Part shown: in pieces, positions 16,390 through 25,832 of the stretch | How positions within the stretch are numbered: the first letter of the stretch is position 1 | How the letters are laid out: the number at the start of each line of letters is the position of its first letter | IMG/VR virus record: IMGVR_UViG_3300031804_000245 | Location: 1-26,664 of that record | Direction: 5' to 3' (one strand) | Source of the DNA: a virus | Taxonomy: Duplodnaviria > Caudoviricetes | Length of the DNA stretch: 26,664 nucleotides | Notes under the pieces: generated by a model | What the model was told of the DNA's origin: nothing | Databases searched by the model: none | What the model saw: only the letters and a program-made list of their open reading frames with translations | Program-made: the position numbers and the translations under genes

Positions 16390-16642
16390 TGAAGACGCAA
16401 TTTTAACTGACTTGCATGAATATATTGATTCCACTTATGATGAACACTACAGCAAGAACAAATATCAAGCAACAGAGTTCATTATAGATGGTGGTCATGG
16501 TGAAGGTTTTTGTATCGGTAACATTATGAAATATGCACAACGATACGGAAAAAAGAATGGTAAGGACAGAAGTGACTTGCTAAAAGTGTTACATTATGGT
16601 ATTATAGCTTTACATGTACACGATATGGAGAACAGTGAATGA
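16355..16642 (+). CDS. DUF3310-like protein (conserved in T4-like phages)
   Basis: HYS..YQATEFI...GEGFCIGNIMKYAQRYGKK..DLLK. The AAGGA SD favours ATG 16355. Confidence 0.75.
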   Translation: MRNEKKIQYKYDEDAILTDLHEYIDSTYDEHYSKNKYQATEFIIDGGHGEGFCIGNIMKYAQRYGKKNGKDRSDLLKVLHYGIIALHVHDMENSE

Positions 16643-17328
16643 AACTAAGTAGTGACACTATAACGGTGTTGAAGAATTTCTCGACAATAAATCAGAATCT
16701 TCAAATAGGTAAAGGTAGTAGTATTTCTACAATGTCTGCAATGAAGAATATTGTTGCCAAGGCAGAGGTCAAGGAAAAATTTATAAGAGAATTTGCAATT
16801 TATGATTTGAATGAATTTCTGTCGGCATTATCTCTTTTCGAAAAACCAGAGTTGAAGTTTAAAGAGGATTTTGTTGTGATGACAGAATCTAATATTGCAG
16901 CAACAAAATCTTTAAAATATTGGTATTCTGATCCATCAGTGGTTAGCAGTCCAACTAAAGAACTTGCTATGCCAGAATGTGAGATTTCTTTTAACTTGTC
17001 TAGTGCAATGCTTTCGGATGTTACAAAAGCATCACATGTTATTGGAGCACCAGATATGTGTTTGGAAGGAATGGACTTGGGTACTGCTGTGCTTAAAGTT
17101 ACGGATAAGAAGAATGCAACAGCAAATGATTATGCAGTAAAACTTGATATCGATAATCAAGAAGAAAATGTGCCATATAAGTTTTGGTTTAAGGTTGAAA
17201 ATTTAAAACTAATACCTGGCAAATATGATGTTAATGTTTCTTCAAAACGAATTTCTCATTTTTGGAATGAAAAGGTGAATGTTCAGTATTGGATTGCATT
17301 AGAACCAGAGTCTGCTTATAATGTATAG
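16639..17328 (+). CDS. gp45: sliding clamp
   Basis: MKLS..T..VLKNFSTIN, FAIYDLNEFL, FKVENLKLIPGKYDV and YWIALE, plus synteny with gp44. Confidence 0.95.
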   Translation: MKLSSDTITVLKNFSTINQNLQIGKGSSISTMSAMKNIVAKAEVKEKFIREFAIYDLNEFLSALSLFEKPELKFKEDFVVMTESNIAATKSLKYWYSDPSVVSSPTKELAMPECEISFNLSSAMLSDVTKASHVIGAPDMCLEGMDLGTAVLKVTDKKNATANDYAVKLDIDNQEENVPYKFWFKVENLKLIPGKYDVNVSSKRISHFWNEKVNVQYWIALEPESAYNV

Positions 17329-17345
17329 TGAGAGGAATTTATATT

Positions 17346-18281
17346 ATGGAAACTTTTCTATGGGTAGAGGAATATCGTCCCAAGGATGTAAAATCTTGTA
17401 TACTTCCTAAAAATCTAAAAGATACGTTCTCTGAATTTGTTAAACAAGGAGAACTCCCCAATTTAATTTTATCAGGTGGATCAGGTGTTGGTAAGACAAC
17501 AATAGCAAAAGCAATGCTAGATGAACTTGGTTCGACTTATATGATGGTTAATGGGTCTGAAGAATCTGGTATCGATGTTCTGCGAACCAAGATAAAAAAC
17601 TTTGCGTCTACTGTGTCTCTACATGGTGGACGGAAGTATCTTATTTTGGATGAAGCAGATTATTTAAATCCCCAATCAACTCAACCAGCATTGCGTGGAT
17701 TGATAGAAGAATTCCACAATAACTGTGGGTTCATTCTCACATGTAATTATAAAAACCGATTGATTGAACCATTACATTCTCGTTGTAGTGTGGTGGAATT
17801 TGTGATTCCTAATTCAGAAAAACCACAACTGGCAATGTCATTTCTTAATCGATTAAAGACAATCTTGGATGAGCAAAAAATTACATATGATGAGAGAGTT
17901 CTTGCCGAAGTCATAAATAAACATTTTCCAGATTGGAGAAGAATATTAAATGAACTTCAAAGATATTCTGTTTCTGGCACGATTGATGCAGGAATACTTG
18001 TAGATATATCAGAGATAAATATTAAAGAATTAATACACTCTATGAAAAATAAGGAGTTTACCAATGTTCGTAAATGGGTTATTAACAATCTGGACAACGA
18101 TCCTGTTTGTCTGTTCCGTAATGTTTATGACCATATGTATGATTATATTGATGGGAACAGTATTCCTTTGTTGGTTATATTATTGGGTGAGTATCAGTAT
18201 AAATCGGCTTTTGTTGCAGACCAAGAAATAAATACCCTCGCATTTTTGACAGAGGTGATGGCAAAGGTAAAATTTAAATGA
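17346..18281 (+). CDS. gp44: clamp loader large subunit
   Basis: LWVEEYRP, Walker A GGSGVGKT, LDEADYL and SRC motif. The GAGG SD favours ATG 17346. Confidence 0.95.
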   Translation: METFLWVEEYRPKDVKSCILPKNLKDTFSEFVKQGELPNLILSGGSGVGKTTIAKAMLDELGSTYMMVNGSEESGIDVLRTKIKNFASTVSLHGGRKYLILDEADYLNPQSTQPALRGLIEEFHNNCGFILTCNYKNRLIEPLHSRCSVVEFVIPNSEKPQLAMSFLNRLKTILDEQKITYDERVLAEVINKHFPDWRRILNELQRYSVSGTIDAGILVDISEINIKELIHSMKNKEFTNVRKWVINNLDNDPVCLFRNVYDHMYDYIDGNSIPLLVILLGEYQYKSAFVADQEINTLAFLTEVMAKVKFK

Positions 18282-18826
18282 CAATGGATGTATATGATAA
18301 TGTTCTTGAAGAGCATGTAGCAGAATTTGTTCAGTTGCAGATGAATGACCTTTCTTGGAAATATGATTACTATTCTAAAATAGGAAGTCCTAATAAGCAC
18401 TGGCATGTTTTATGTGGGAAAAATCCAAAAGAAATATTAGACGATGGATATGAATGGGTACTTCCTATCTGGGATACTGCAAAAATAAAATATAAATTTA
18501 AAGAGAAATATGCTCTTGACAATTTTGTACGTATATACATGAATGCTCATACACATGGTATAGAACCTCATATGCATCAGGATGATGGTGATTTTACTAT
18601 GCTCTATTATCCACGATGTGATTGGGATGAGGATTGGGGTGGTGGAACTGTGGTAGACGGTACTCTTATTGAATATGTAGGAAATAGATTAATTGTATTT
18701 GATGCTAGTTTGTGGCATCAAGCACAACCAGTTTCTAGGCAATGTTATGAGTTAAGGACTTGTATAGTTTTTAAATGCAATTTGGAGATAGGTGGTGTTG
18801 ATCGACTCGACTATTACAAAAATTGA
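18278..18826 (+). CDS. 2OG-Fe(II) oxygenase (prolyl-hydroxylase-like)
   Basis: PHMHQDDG (HxD), WGGGT, NRLIVFD...WHQA and LRTCIVFK. Confidence 0.85.
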   Translation: MTMDVYDNVLEEHVAEFVQLQMNDLSWKYDYYSKIGSPNKHWHVLCGKNPKEILDDGYEWVLPIWDTAKIKYKFKEKYALDNFVRIYMNAHTHGIEPHMHQDDGDFTMLYYPRCDWDEDWGGGTVVDGTLIEYVGNRLIVFDASLWHQAQPVSRQCYELRTCIVFKCNLEIGGVDRLDYYKN

Positions 18827-19208
18827 TTTTTTAAAACGATTGGGGTGTGAGGAATGTCTTCATGGATCTGATACTTTATTACATCACCTTATAGGTACAC
18901 GTGATCTTTTAAAACAGTGGGGTGCTGAAGAGTATGTACAGGATGCTGGTTTATTTCATTCTGTATATGGCACAGAATATTTTCAACCAAATATAAAAGT
19001 TACTAGAGATCAAGTACGGGAAATAATAGGTATTAAAGCTGAATGTCTTGTAGATATGTTTTGTTTTTGCCAAAGTCCGAGAGCCTATACTATAACTTTG
19101 ATGTCTAGTGGAAAAACAAAAGAAGATTTATTATTAATTGAACGAGCAAATGAAGAAGATATAGGTGAAAGTAGAATGATGACAATGGAAGAAGCCTATG
19201 ACTTATGA
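18792..19208 (+). CDS. DUF6817-like (HD-like helical) protein
   Basis: HG..TLLHHLIGT..LL..WG and AGLFHSVYGT...R..VREIIG..AE.LV. Confidence 0.65.
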   Translation: MVLIDSTITKIDFLKRLGCEECLHGSDTLLHHLIGTRDLLKQWGAEEYVQDAGLFHSVYGTEYFQPNIKVTRDQVREIIGIKAECLVDMFCFCQSPRAYTITLMSSGKTKEDLLLIERANEEDIGESRMMTMEEAYDL

Positions 19209-19596
19209 ACTAAAAGACTATCTCAAGGCAATCAATCAAACAAAAGAAAATCTGTTAGACACAGAAGATGAAGAATGGGAAAAACGATATCCTCCTTATA
19301 TTGTAAATAAATGTTTGGCACCATTTACAGATACTATACTATTAGTTAATGAATTAAACCAATATCACCATCTAGGGAAGAAACTCCAATTTGACTATTT
19401 ACTAAATAGTTTAAGACCAAGGAATAGATTTGCACCTTGGATGAAGGCGAAGAAATTGGATAATCTAGAAGATGTTAAAGAGTTTTATGGATACGGCAAT
19501 GAAAAGGCAAGGGATGCTCTTGATATACTAGACACTAAACAGATTTCCGCTATAAAGAAAAAATTAAAAAAAGGTGGAAGAGATGGAAGAGGTTAA
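19198..19596 (+). CDS. gp62: clamp loader small subunit
   Basis: LKDYLKAIN, YPPYIVNKCL, QFDYLLNS and VKEFYGY..EKA, directly upstream of regA. Confidence 0.92.
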   Translation: MTYELKDYLKAINQTKENLLDTEDEEWEKRYPPYIVNKCLAPFTDTILLVNELNQYHHLGKKLQFDYLLNSLRPRNRFAPWMKAKKLDNLEDVKEFYGYGNEKARDALDILDTKQISAIKKKLKKGGRDGRG

Positions 19597-19987
19597 TTGG
19601 ACTCAGGAGCAGATGTTAGAAATTACTCTGAAAGAACCAGATGATTTTTTAAAAGTACGAGAGACTCTATCTCGTATAGGTGTTGCTTCTAGAAAAGAAA
19701 GAAAATTATATCAGTCCTGTCATATACTACATAAGCAGGGACGGTATTTTATTGTGCATTTTAAAGAGTTATTTGCTTTGGATGGTAAGCAGACTAACCT
19801 ATCAGAAAATGATATTGCACGAAGAAACACTATCACGAATTTGCTGAAAGATTGGGGATTGGTTGAAGTATTAGGAGAGGCAGAACCTGTTGCTCCTCTA
19901 AGTCAAATTAAGGTTTTGTCTTACAGTGAAAAAGAAGATTGGACATTGGAAACCAAGTATAATATAGGGAAGAAGAAAGAGGTCTAA
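19583..19987 (+). CDS. regA: translational repressor RegA
   Basis: PDDFLKVRETLSRIGVAS, LYQSCHILHKQGRYFIVHFKELFALDG and W.L..KYNIG. Confidence 0.96.
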   Translation: MEEVNWTQEQMLEITLKEPDDFLKVRETLSRIGVASRKERKLYQSCHILHKQGRYFIVHFKELFALDGKQTNLSENDIARRNTITNLLKDWGLVEVLGEAEPVAPLSQIKVLSYSEKEDWTLETKYNIGKKKEV

Positions 19988-21003
19988 TGGAAAGGTTCAA
20001 ACGATTTTTTGCTGAAGAAAAGAAACCATATAGGATTCTTGTTCTTTCCTACGATGATTTTGCTAATGATGATCCTAATGTTACAGGAGAAAGGATTATA
20101 TCAGAAGCAACAAGTTTGGGATTTGATTCTTATGTATTAGAATTAGATGGAGGATTTATTTCTACTACATCTGGCAAAAAAATTGCACATACCTATGATA
20201 AACAAAAGAAAGAGATCGATGAAAAGGGATTTGAATTAAATCCAGATGATACTCTTGTTTTTGTAAGAGGTTCAATTACAACAAGATATGCTTGGTTAGA
20301 TACAGTTACGCAATTAGAAAGAGCAGGATTTTGTTGTATCAACTCTAGGCATTGTTTTGAAGTCTGTCATGACAAATATCGTACAATGTTATTTTTGGCA
20401 GAAGCAGGATTACGACAACCAAAAACTATTTTAATTTCTCATAAAAATGAATCTACAAAAGCATTTGAAGAATTAGGTGCAAACTTTCCGATCATCTTAA
20501 AGACGGTAACAGGATCACATGGAGTTGGTGTTCTCTTTATTGAGAGTGAAAAAAACTTGGTAGCTACTGTGCAGCTTTTATATAAACTGGATGAGGATAT
20601 TAGTTTGTTATTGCAAGAATACATTCCCACAAAATCTGATGTTCGTGCCATAGTTCGTGATCGTGAAATTATTGCTACAATGGCCAGACCAGTAGTAGAA
20701 GGTGATTTTAGAAGTAATGTTTCTCAAGGAGCAGAGCCTGTAGCAATAGAATTAACAGATATGGAAAAAATCAATTGTCTGGATGCGGCAAAAGTTGTTG
20801 ATGGACTTTGGGTGGGTGTTGATTTTATTCCTGCAAAGAATAGAGTAAAAGAACAACCATTTATCATTGAAGTGAATAGTTCCCCAGGTAGTGCAGGAAT
20901 AGAAAAGACCAACAAAACTAATATGGTAAAAGATGTGGTGAAGTATTATATGGACAGAACTAAATGGTTAAAACCTAAACCTTTTAGGTCAATATATTCT
21001 TGA
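19987..21003 (+). CDS. rimK: RimK-family ATP-grasp (alpha-L-glutamate) ligase
   Basis: DKYRT, PIILKTVTGSHGVGV, LLQEYI, DVR, DFRSNVSQG, GVDFI and IEVNSSPG. Confidence 0.85.
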   Translation: MERFKRFFAEEKKPYRILVLSYDDFANDDPNVTGERIISEATSLGFDSYVLELDGGFISTTSGKKIAHTYDKQKKEIDEKGFELNPDDTLVFVRGSITTRYAWLDTVTQLERAGFCCINSRHCFEVCHDKYRTMLFLAEAGLRQPKTILISHKNESTKAFEELGANFPIILKTVTGSHGVGVLFIESEKNLVATVQLLYKLDEDISLLLQEYIPTKSDVRAIVRDREIIATMARPVVEGDFRSNVSQGAEPVAIELTDMEKINCLDAAKVVDGLWVGVDFIPAKNRVKEQPFIIEVNSSPGSAGIEKTNKTNMVKDVVKYYMDRTKWLKPKPFRSIYS

Positions 21004-21028
21004 CTTTTTATCTTAAAGGTGGTATAAT
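21000..21028 (+). promoter_or_regulatory. sigma70-type promoter of gp43 (predicted leaderless mRNA)
   Basis: TTGACT 21000-21005, 17 nt, TGg-TATAAT 21023-21028. ATG is at 21035 with no SD in between. Confidence 0.78.
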
Positions 21029-21034
21029 CTTATA

Positions 21035-23524
21035 ATGAGTTTTTATACAAATGTTCTCCAGTGGGGGAACAATCTCCTTGTCCGTGAAGTTAAAAACGGA
21101 GAACGGCAAAATTCCAGAATAAGATATTCACCTACTCTATTCTCTCCTGTCAAACAACATACTGGTTATAAGACATTGGACGGACAACATGTCTTGCCCC
21201 AAATGTTTGATACAATGAAGGAAGCAAAACAGTGGGTGGAGGATCATAAATCACAACCAGACCTTGTGTACGGTAATACACAGTATGCCTATTGTTATAT
21301 CTCAGATAATTACAAGGGAACTGTTAATTGGAATATGAATGAACTTCTTATAGTGACAATTGATATTGAGGTTCAGTGTGAGAATGGATTCCCAAACCCA
21401 TTTATGGCAGAAGAAGAACTTTTGTCCATCACAATTAAAAATCAGCAAACTAAACGGATTATGGTTTGGGGGATTGGTAAGTTTAAAACTGATCGTAAAG
21501 ATGTAACATATGTTGAGTGCGAAAGTGAAGTGCATTTATTAAAAGAGTTTCTTATATTTTGGGAGAAGCATTTTCCTGATGTTGTGACAGGATGGAACAC
21601 TGAGTTTTTTGATATACCGTATATATGTAATCGTATTAAAAGGTTATTTGGTGAAGATGAATTAAAACGATTGTCTCCTTGGGGTGGTGTATTTGAGAAG
21701 AAAGTATATCAGCAAGGGAGAAATCATCAGACTTATACTATACAGGGAATTGCTGCTTTAGATTATTATGATTTGTATCGTAAATTTACATACACAAATC
21801 AGGAGTCTTATAGGTTAGACCATATTGCAAAAGTTGAGTTAGGTGAGAGTAAGGCTGGTAATCCTTTTGACACATTTCGTGAGTGGTATACCAAGGATTT
21901 TCAGTCTTTCATCGAATACAATATACAAGACGTTGAAATTGTAGATCGTTTAGAAGACAAGATGAAATTGATTGAACTGTGTTTAACTATGGCATATGAT
22001 GCAAAGGTTAATTTTGTCGATGTATTAGGTACAGTTCGTTACTGGGACATTCTTATATATAATTACCTCAGAGAAAGAAACATTGCAATCCCTCAAAAAT
22101 CTCAACAGGAAAAGATCGAACAATTTGAGGGAGCATATGTTAAAGACCCAATAGTGGGAATGCATAAGTGGGTAATGTCGTTTGATTTAAACTCTCTATA
22201 CCCACACTTAATTATGCAATACAATATTTCACCAGAGACATTAGTTCCCAGTGAAAAGAAAGAAGGATTAGTTGATAAGATTTTAAAGGGCGAATTAAAG
22301 AACGAAACTGAACATTGTATGACTCCAAATGGTGCATATTTTCGAAAAGATAAAAGGGGATTTTTGCCAGAACTAATGGAGAAAATTTATGATGATCGTG
22401 TTACGTATAAAAAGTTACTTCTGGAGACTCAGCAGAGATATGAGGATACAGGTGACAAGAGTCTTCTCAAAGATATATCAAAGTATAACAACATTCAGAT
22501 GGCAAAGAAGATATCCCTTAATAGTGCGTATGGTGCTATTGGGAATCATTGGTTTAGGTATTTCGATTTGTTGGTTGCTACAGCAATTACATTATCTGGT
22601 CAGTTATCTATACGTTGGATTGAAAAAGCACTTAATAAATATCTTAATAAAATCTTGGAAACTGATGAGGAAGATTATGTCATTGCTTCAGATACGGACT
22701 CGGTGTATATCACTTTTGATTCTTTGGTTAGCAAAGTCTTTGTCGAGGGAACAGAGACTAGCAAAATTGTCTCGTTCTTGGACAAAGTGGCAAAGGATAA
22801 GTTGGAACCATTTATCAATAGAAGTTTCTCAGATCTTGCTGAAGTGGTTGGAGCCTACGAACAAAAAATGAATATGTCACGTGAAGTGATTGCTGATAAG
22901 GGTATCTGGACTGCAAAGAAACGATACATATTAAATGTCCACGACAGTGAAGGGGTTCGTTATGCTGAACCTAGATTGAAAATTATGGGCATCGAGGCGG
23001 TTAAGAGTTCTACTCCAGCACCTTGCCGAGCAAAAATTAAAGAAGCACTAGACATCATTATGAATGGTAATGAGAAGGAACTGAACACTTTTATACAAGA
23101 TTTCAGAGAGGATTTTATGGAATTACCTCCAGAGGAGATTGCTTATCCTAGAAGTTGTAATGGATTAGCAAAGTGGTCTACAGATCATAATCTCTTTAGA
23201 CGTGGTGCTCCCATCCATGTAAAAGGTGGAATTTTATATAACCACCTTCTTAAAAAGCATAATTTGGGAAACAAATACCCCAGTATACAAGAGGGAGATA
23301 AAATTAGGTTTTTGCATTTGCGAATTCCTAACATATATCAGTCTACCGCATTTTCGTTCATAACAGATATGCCAAAGGAGTTAGACCTAAAAGGTCTAGT
23401 AGATTTTGAACAGCAATTTGAAAAATCATTCGTTGAACCGATTATTTTTATAACTAATAAAATGGGGTGGATGATCGATTCGTCATACGGAACCCAAGGT
23501 TCACTTGAGGAGTTCTTTACATGA
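21035..23524 (+). CDS. gp43: family B DNA polymerase
   Basis: Exo I DIEV, GWNTEFFD, SFDLNSLYPHLI, KISLNSAYG, SDTDS, KKRY and C-terminal GSLEEFF. Confidence 0.97.
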   Translation: MSFYTNVLQWGNNLLVREVKNGERQNSRIRYSPTLFSPVKQHTGYKTLDGQHVLPQMFDTMKEAKQWVEDHKSQPDLVYGNTQYAYCYISDNYKGTVNWNMNELLIVTIDIEVQCENGFPNPFMAEEELLSITIKNQQTKRIMVWGIGKFKTDRKDVTYVECESEVHLLKEFLIFWEKHFPDVVTGWNTEFFDIPYICNRIKRLFGEDELKRLSPWGGVFEKKVYQQGRNHQTYTIQGIAALDYYDLYRKFTYTNQESYRLDHIAKVELGESKAGNPFDTFREWYTKDFQSFIEYNIQDVEIVDRLEDKMKLIELCLTMAYDAKVNFVDVLGTVRYWDILIYNYLRERNIAIPQKSQQEKIEQFEGAYVKDPIVGMHKWVMSFDLNSLYPHLIMQYNISPETLVPSEKKEGLVDKILKGELKNETEHCMTPNGAYFRKDKRGFLPELMEKIYDDRVTYKKLLLETQQRYEDTGDKSLLKDISKYNNIQMAKKISLNSAYGAIGNHWFRYFDLLVATAITLSGQLSIRWIEKALNKYLNKILETDEEDYVIASDTDSVYITFDSLVSKVFVEGTETSKIVSFLDKVAKDKLEPFINRSFSDLAEVVGAYEQKMNMSREVIADKGIWTAKKRYILNVHDSEGVRYAEPRLKIMGIEAVKSSTPAPCRAKIKEALDIIMNGNEKELNTFIQDFREDFMELPPEEIAYPRSCNGLAKWSTDHNLFRRGAPIHVKGGILYNHLLKKHNLGNKYPSIQEGDKIRFLHLRIPNIYQSTAFSFITDMPKELDLKGLVDFEQQFEKSFVEPIIFITNKMGWMIDSSYGTQGSLEEFFT

Positions 23525-24801
23525 GTGAATTATATGAAATATTGAGAAATAGTCTTGATGATACAGGATTGCCTGTAATGGATCGTGATCAGTTTAAAGA
23601 AGTAACTGACAAGTTCGGCAAGGAAGAATTTCGAAAGACACTGGCAGATTACATCACTAAAGAGAAACCACCATTTCCATTAAAGAATTATAGCAAAGAA
23701 GATATCACCAAAACTTTTTATAAATTACAGAAGGTGGATATTTCCAAACATACCAAGGAAACTGATAGAGAGATAATGGAAAAATATGATGATTACAAAT
23801 ATCCATACAGCATTTATGGGTTGGGTGTAATTGATACTCCAGCAGGAGTGCATTCCTTTATTAATGTCAGCAATTATTTTATGCAGGATTTGCGATTGGC
23901 ATGTAATTCATATGGGTTTAAAGGTCCATTACAAAGATGGAACGATGGTGATAATCTGTGGGGTGCGTTTGGTCCAATCTGGAGGGGAGTAAATCCAGGT
24001 GGTAAGAAAGGTAAACTTTTATCCCATGAGTCTTATTATGTTGCTTTTAGACTAGGGACATATAATGCTACACAGTTCAAACCTCTTGTTGCAAAAATTA
24101 TATATGATATGACAGGAGCAAAGACGGTGTTGGATACTTCTATGGGGTGGGGAGATCGACTTGCTGCCTTTTATGCTTCCAATGCAACTCACTACATAGG
24201 GTGTGATCCTAATCCAAATACGTTCAGACGATATAAAAAGATGATCGCATTTTATGATAAACTAACTCATGGGACAAAGACAGTACAAATCTATCGATGT
24301 GGTGCAGAGGATTTACCTTGGGATGAAATTAAAGATGTAGATTGTGCATTTACTAGTCCACCATACTTTTCAACAGAACGATATAATGAAGGTGGGCAAT
24401 TTGAGGAAGAACAATCATGGGCAAAATATGATACTTATGAAAAATGGAGAGATGGGTTTTTATTGCCAGTGTGCCAAAAGAGTTTTGAATCATTAAGTGA
24501 TCGTGGTGTTCTTATGGTAAATATGCTTGATCCAAAAATTAAAAATAAGAGATATCGTGCTGGAGATGATTTAGTAGATTCTATGAAAGAGCATTTTATT
24601 GGACAAGTGGGTATGAGAATTATGCAACGTCCACAAGGTCGAGCAGTATTTTCTGATGAAGAGGGTAATTTTGATCATGCTCAATTGGAGAAATTTTTGA
24701 AGAAGATATTCATAGAGAATATCTGGTATTTTGGTAAAGATAAAGAACTGGATATCTTTAGTAGAACTAAAGGAGGTACATTGGAGAACTTCATGTCATG
24801 A
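23521..24801 (+). CDS. amino-DNA methyltransferase (N4C/N6A type)
   Basis: TQFKP, motif I LDTSMGWGDR, YIGCDPN and motif IV FTSPPYF. Confidence 0.8.
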   Translation: MSELYEILRNSLDDTGLPVMDRDQFKEVTDKFGKEEFRKTLADYITKEKPPFPLKNYSKEDITKTFYKLQKVDISKHTKETDREIMEKYDDYKYPYSIYGLGVIDTPAGVHSFINVSNYFMQDLRLACNSYGFKGPLQRWNDGDNLWGAFGPIWRGVNPGGKKGKLLSHESYYVAFRLGTYNATQFKPLVAKIIYDMTGAKTVLDTSMGWGDRLAAFYASNATHYIGCDPNPNTFRRYKKMIAFYDKLTHGTKTVQIYRCGAEDLPWDEIKDVDCAFTSPPYFSTERYNEGGQFEEEQSWAKYDTYEKWRDGFLLPVCQKSFESLSDRGVLMVNMLDPKIKNKRYRAGDDLVDSMKEHFIGQVGMRIMQRPQGRAVFSDEEGNFDHAQLEKFLKKIFIENIWYFGKDKELDIFSRTKGGTLENFMS

Positions 24802-25832
24802 AAAGAGAATTTGTAAAAAAGGATATTGATATAGACCCCTTCTTCTTTGATATGTTTTCAAGGTTGGGAAGTGATGTAGAGTATGAAAATTTTCCAGAAG
24901 AGTTAAGTGGGTATTCTCCGTTATTAGAACCATTTTTAGAACGATTATATGCTAAGAATAATCAATCACCACCAAAATTGAAAGATAGTATTGATTTACC
25001 TTGTTATAATATAGAAGAAAATAAAAAGGTTTTGGTAGCAATTAGTGGAGGGCATGACAGTCTTGCAGTTGCTATTCAATTGAAAAAAGATGGATATGAA
25101 CCAATACTTTTTCATATACCATATTTGAATAAAGCATTTCCTAGAGAAACTACTATAGTACGATCATTAAAAGATACTCTTGGTATGCCATTGATAGAAT
25201 TTCATATCAAAGTTACAGGAAAAAGGTTTCATATGGAGACACCTATAAAGAACTTTTTTATTTTGGGTGCAATGGTTGATTATGGTGTTAAACATAATAT
25301 TCATAATTATTCATTTGGAAATTCTGCTGATGAGGCGAATGAAGTATCAAACTCAGTACTTGGAACAGACTATTCAGATAGTTACGAACCTTTTATTGAT
25401 TTGCATTCTTTTTATCAATATATTATACCTAATTTTAAACAACATATACCTCTAGAAAATACATATGATGCTTATAAAATTTTGTTTGTAGAAAATCCGA
25501 TTTTAATTGATAATATATCTTCCTGTATGTTAAGGGATATGTATTTAAAAAACGTGAGGAAAGCAAATAAAAGAAAGTTTCCAAAAGTGCAATTAGGTAA
25601 ATATAGTTGTGGTAGTTGTAGAAAATGTGTGTTAGAATATTTTATGGTAGGGAACTTAAAAGATGAGAAGTATGATTTAGATTATGTGAAAAAATGTATG
25701 GAAACATTGAATAAGCATTTTAAAAACTTAGGTAAAGAAACATATAAAACAACAGATTATAAATCTATATTGACAAGTATGATTTATGATAAAAAAATAG
25801 AAACAGAGATTATGGATAGGATAAAGGCATGA
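24798..25832 (+). CDS. QueC-like PP-loop ATPase (7-cyano-7-deazaguanine synthase family)
   Basis: PP-loop [19 protein letters not shown] and C-terminal Zn-type SSC...CGSCRKC, with an N-terminal extension of ~75 aa. Confidence 0.7.
   Translation: MKREFVKKDIDIDPFFFDMFSRLGSDVEYENFPEELSGYSPLLEPFLERLYAKNNQSPPKLKDSIDLPCYNIEENKKVLVAISGGHDSLAVAIQLKKDGYEPILFHIPYLNKAFPRETTIVRSLKDTLGMPLIEFHIKVTGKRFHMETPIKNFFILGAMVDYGVKHNIHNYSFGNSADEANEVSNSVLGTDYSDSYEPFIDLHSFYQYIIPNFKQHIPLENTYDAYKILFVENPILIDNISSCMLRDMYLKNVRKANKRKFPKVQLGKYSCGSCRKCVLEYFMVGNLKDEKYDLDYVKKCMETLNKHFKNLGKETYKTTDYKSILTSMIYDKKIETEIMDRIKA

Noticed and set aside
21035-23524. Intein, intron or split in gp43
   Set aside because: The ORF is a continuous 829 aa with normally spaced motifs. 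The internal 22389-22871 ORF is an off-frame shadow.
24798-24850. FFDMF near the QueC-like N-terminus as an RB69-type (LFDMF) clamp-binding motif
   Set aside because: Such motifs are C-terminal in T4-like proteins, and a short internal match is too weak.
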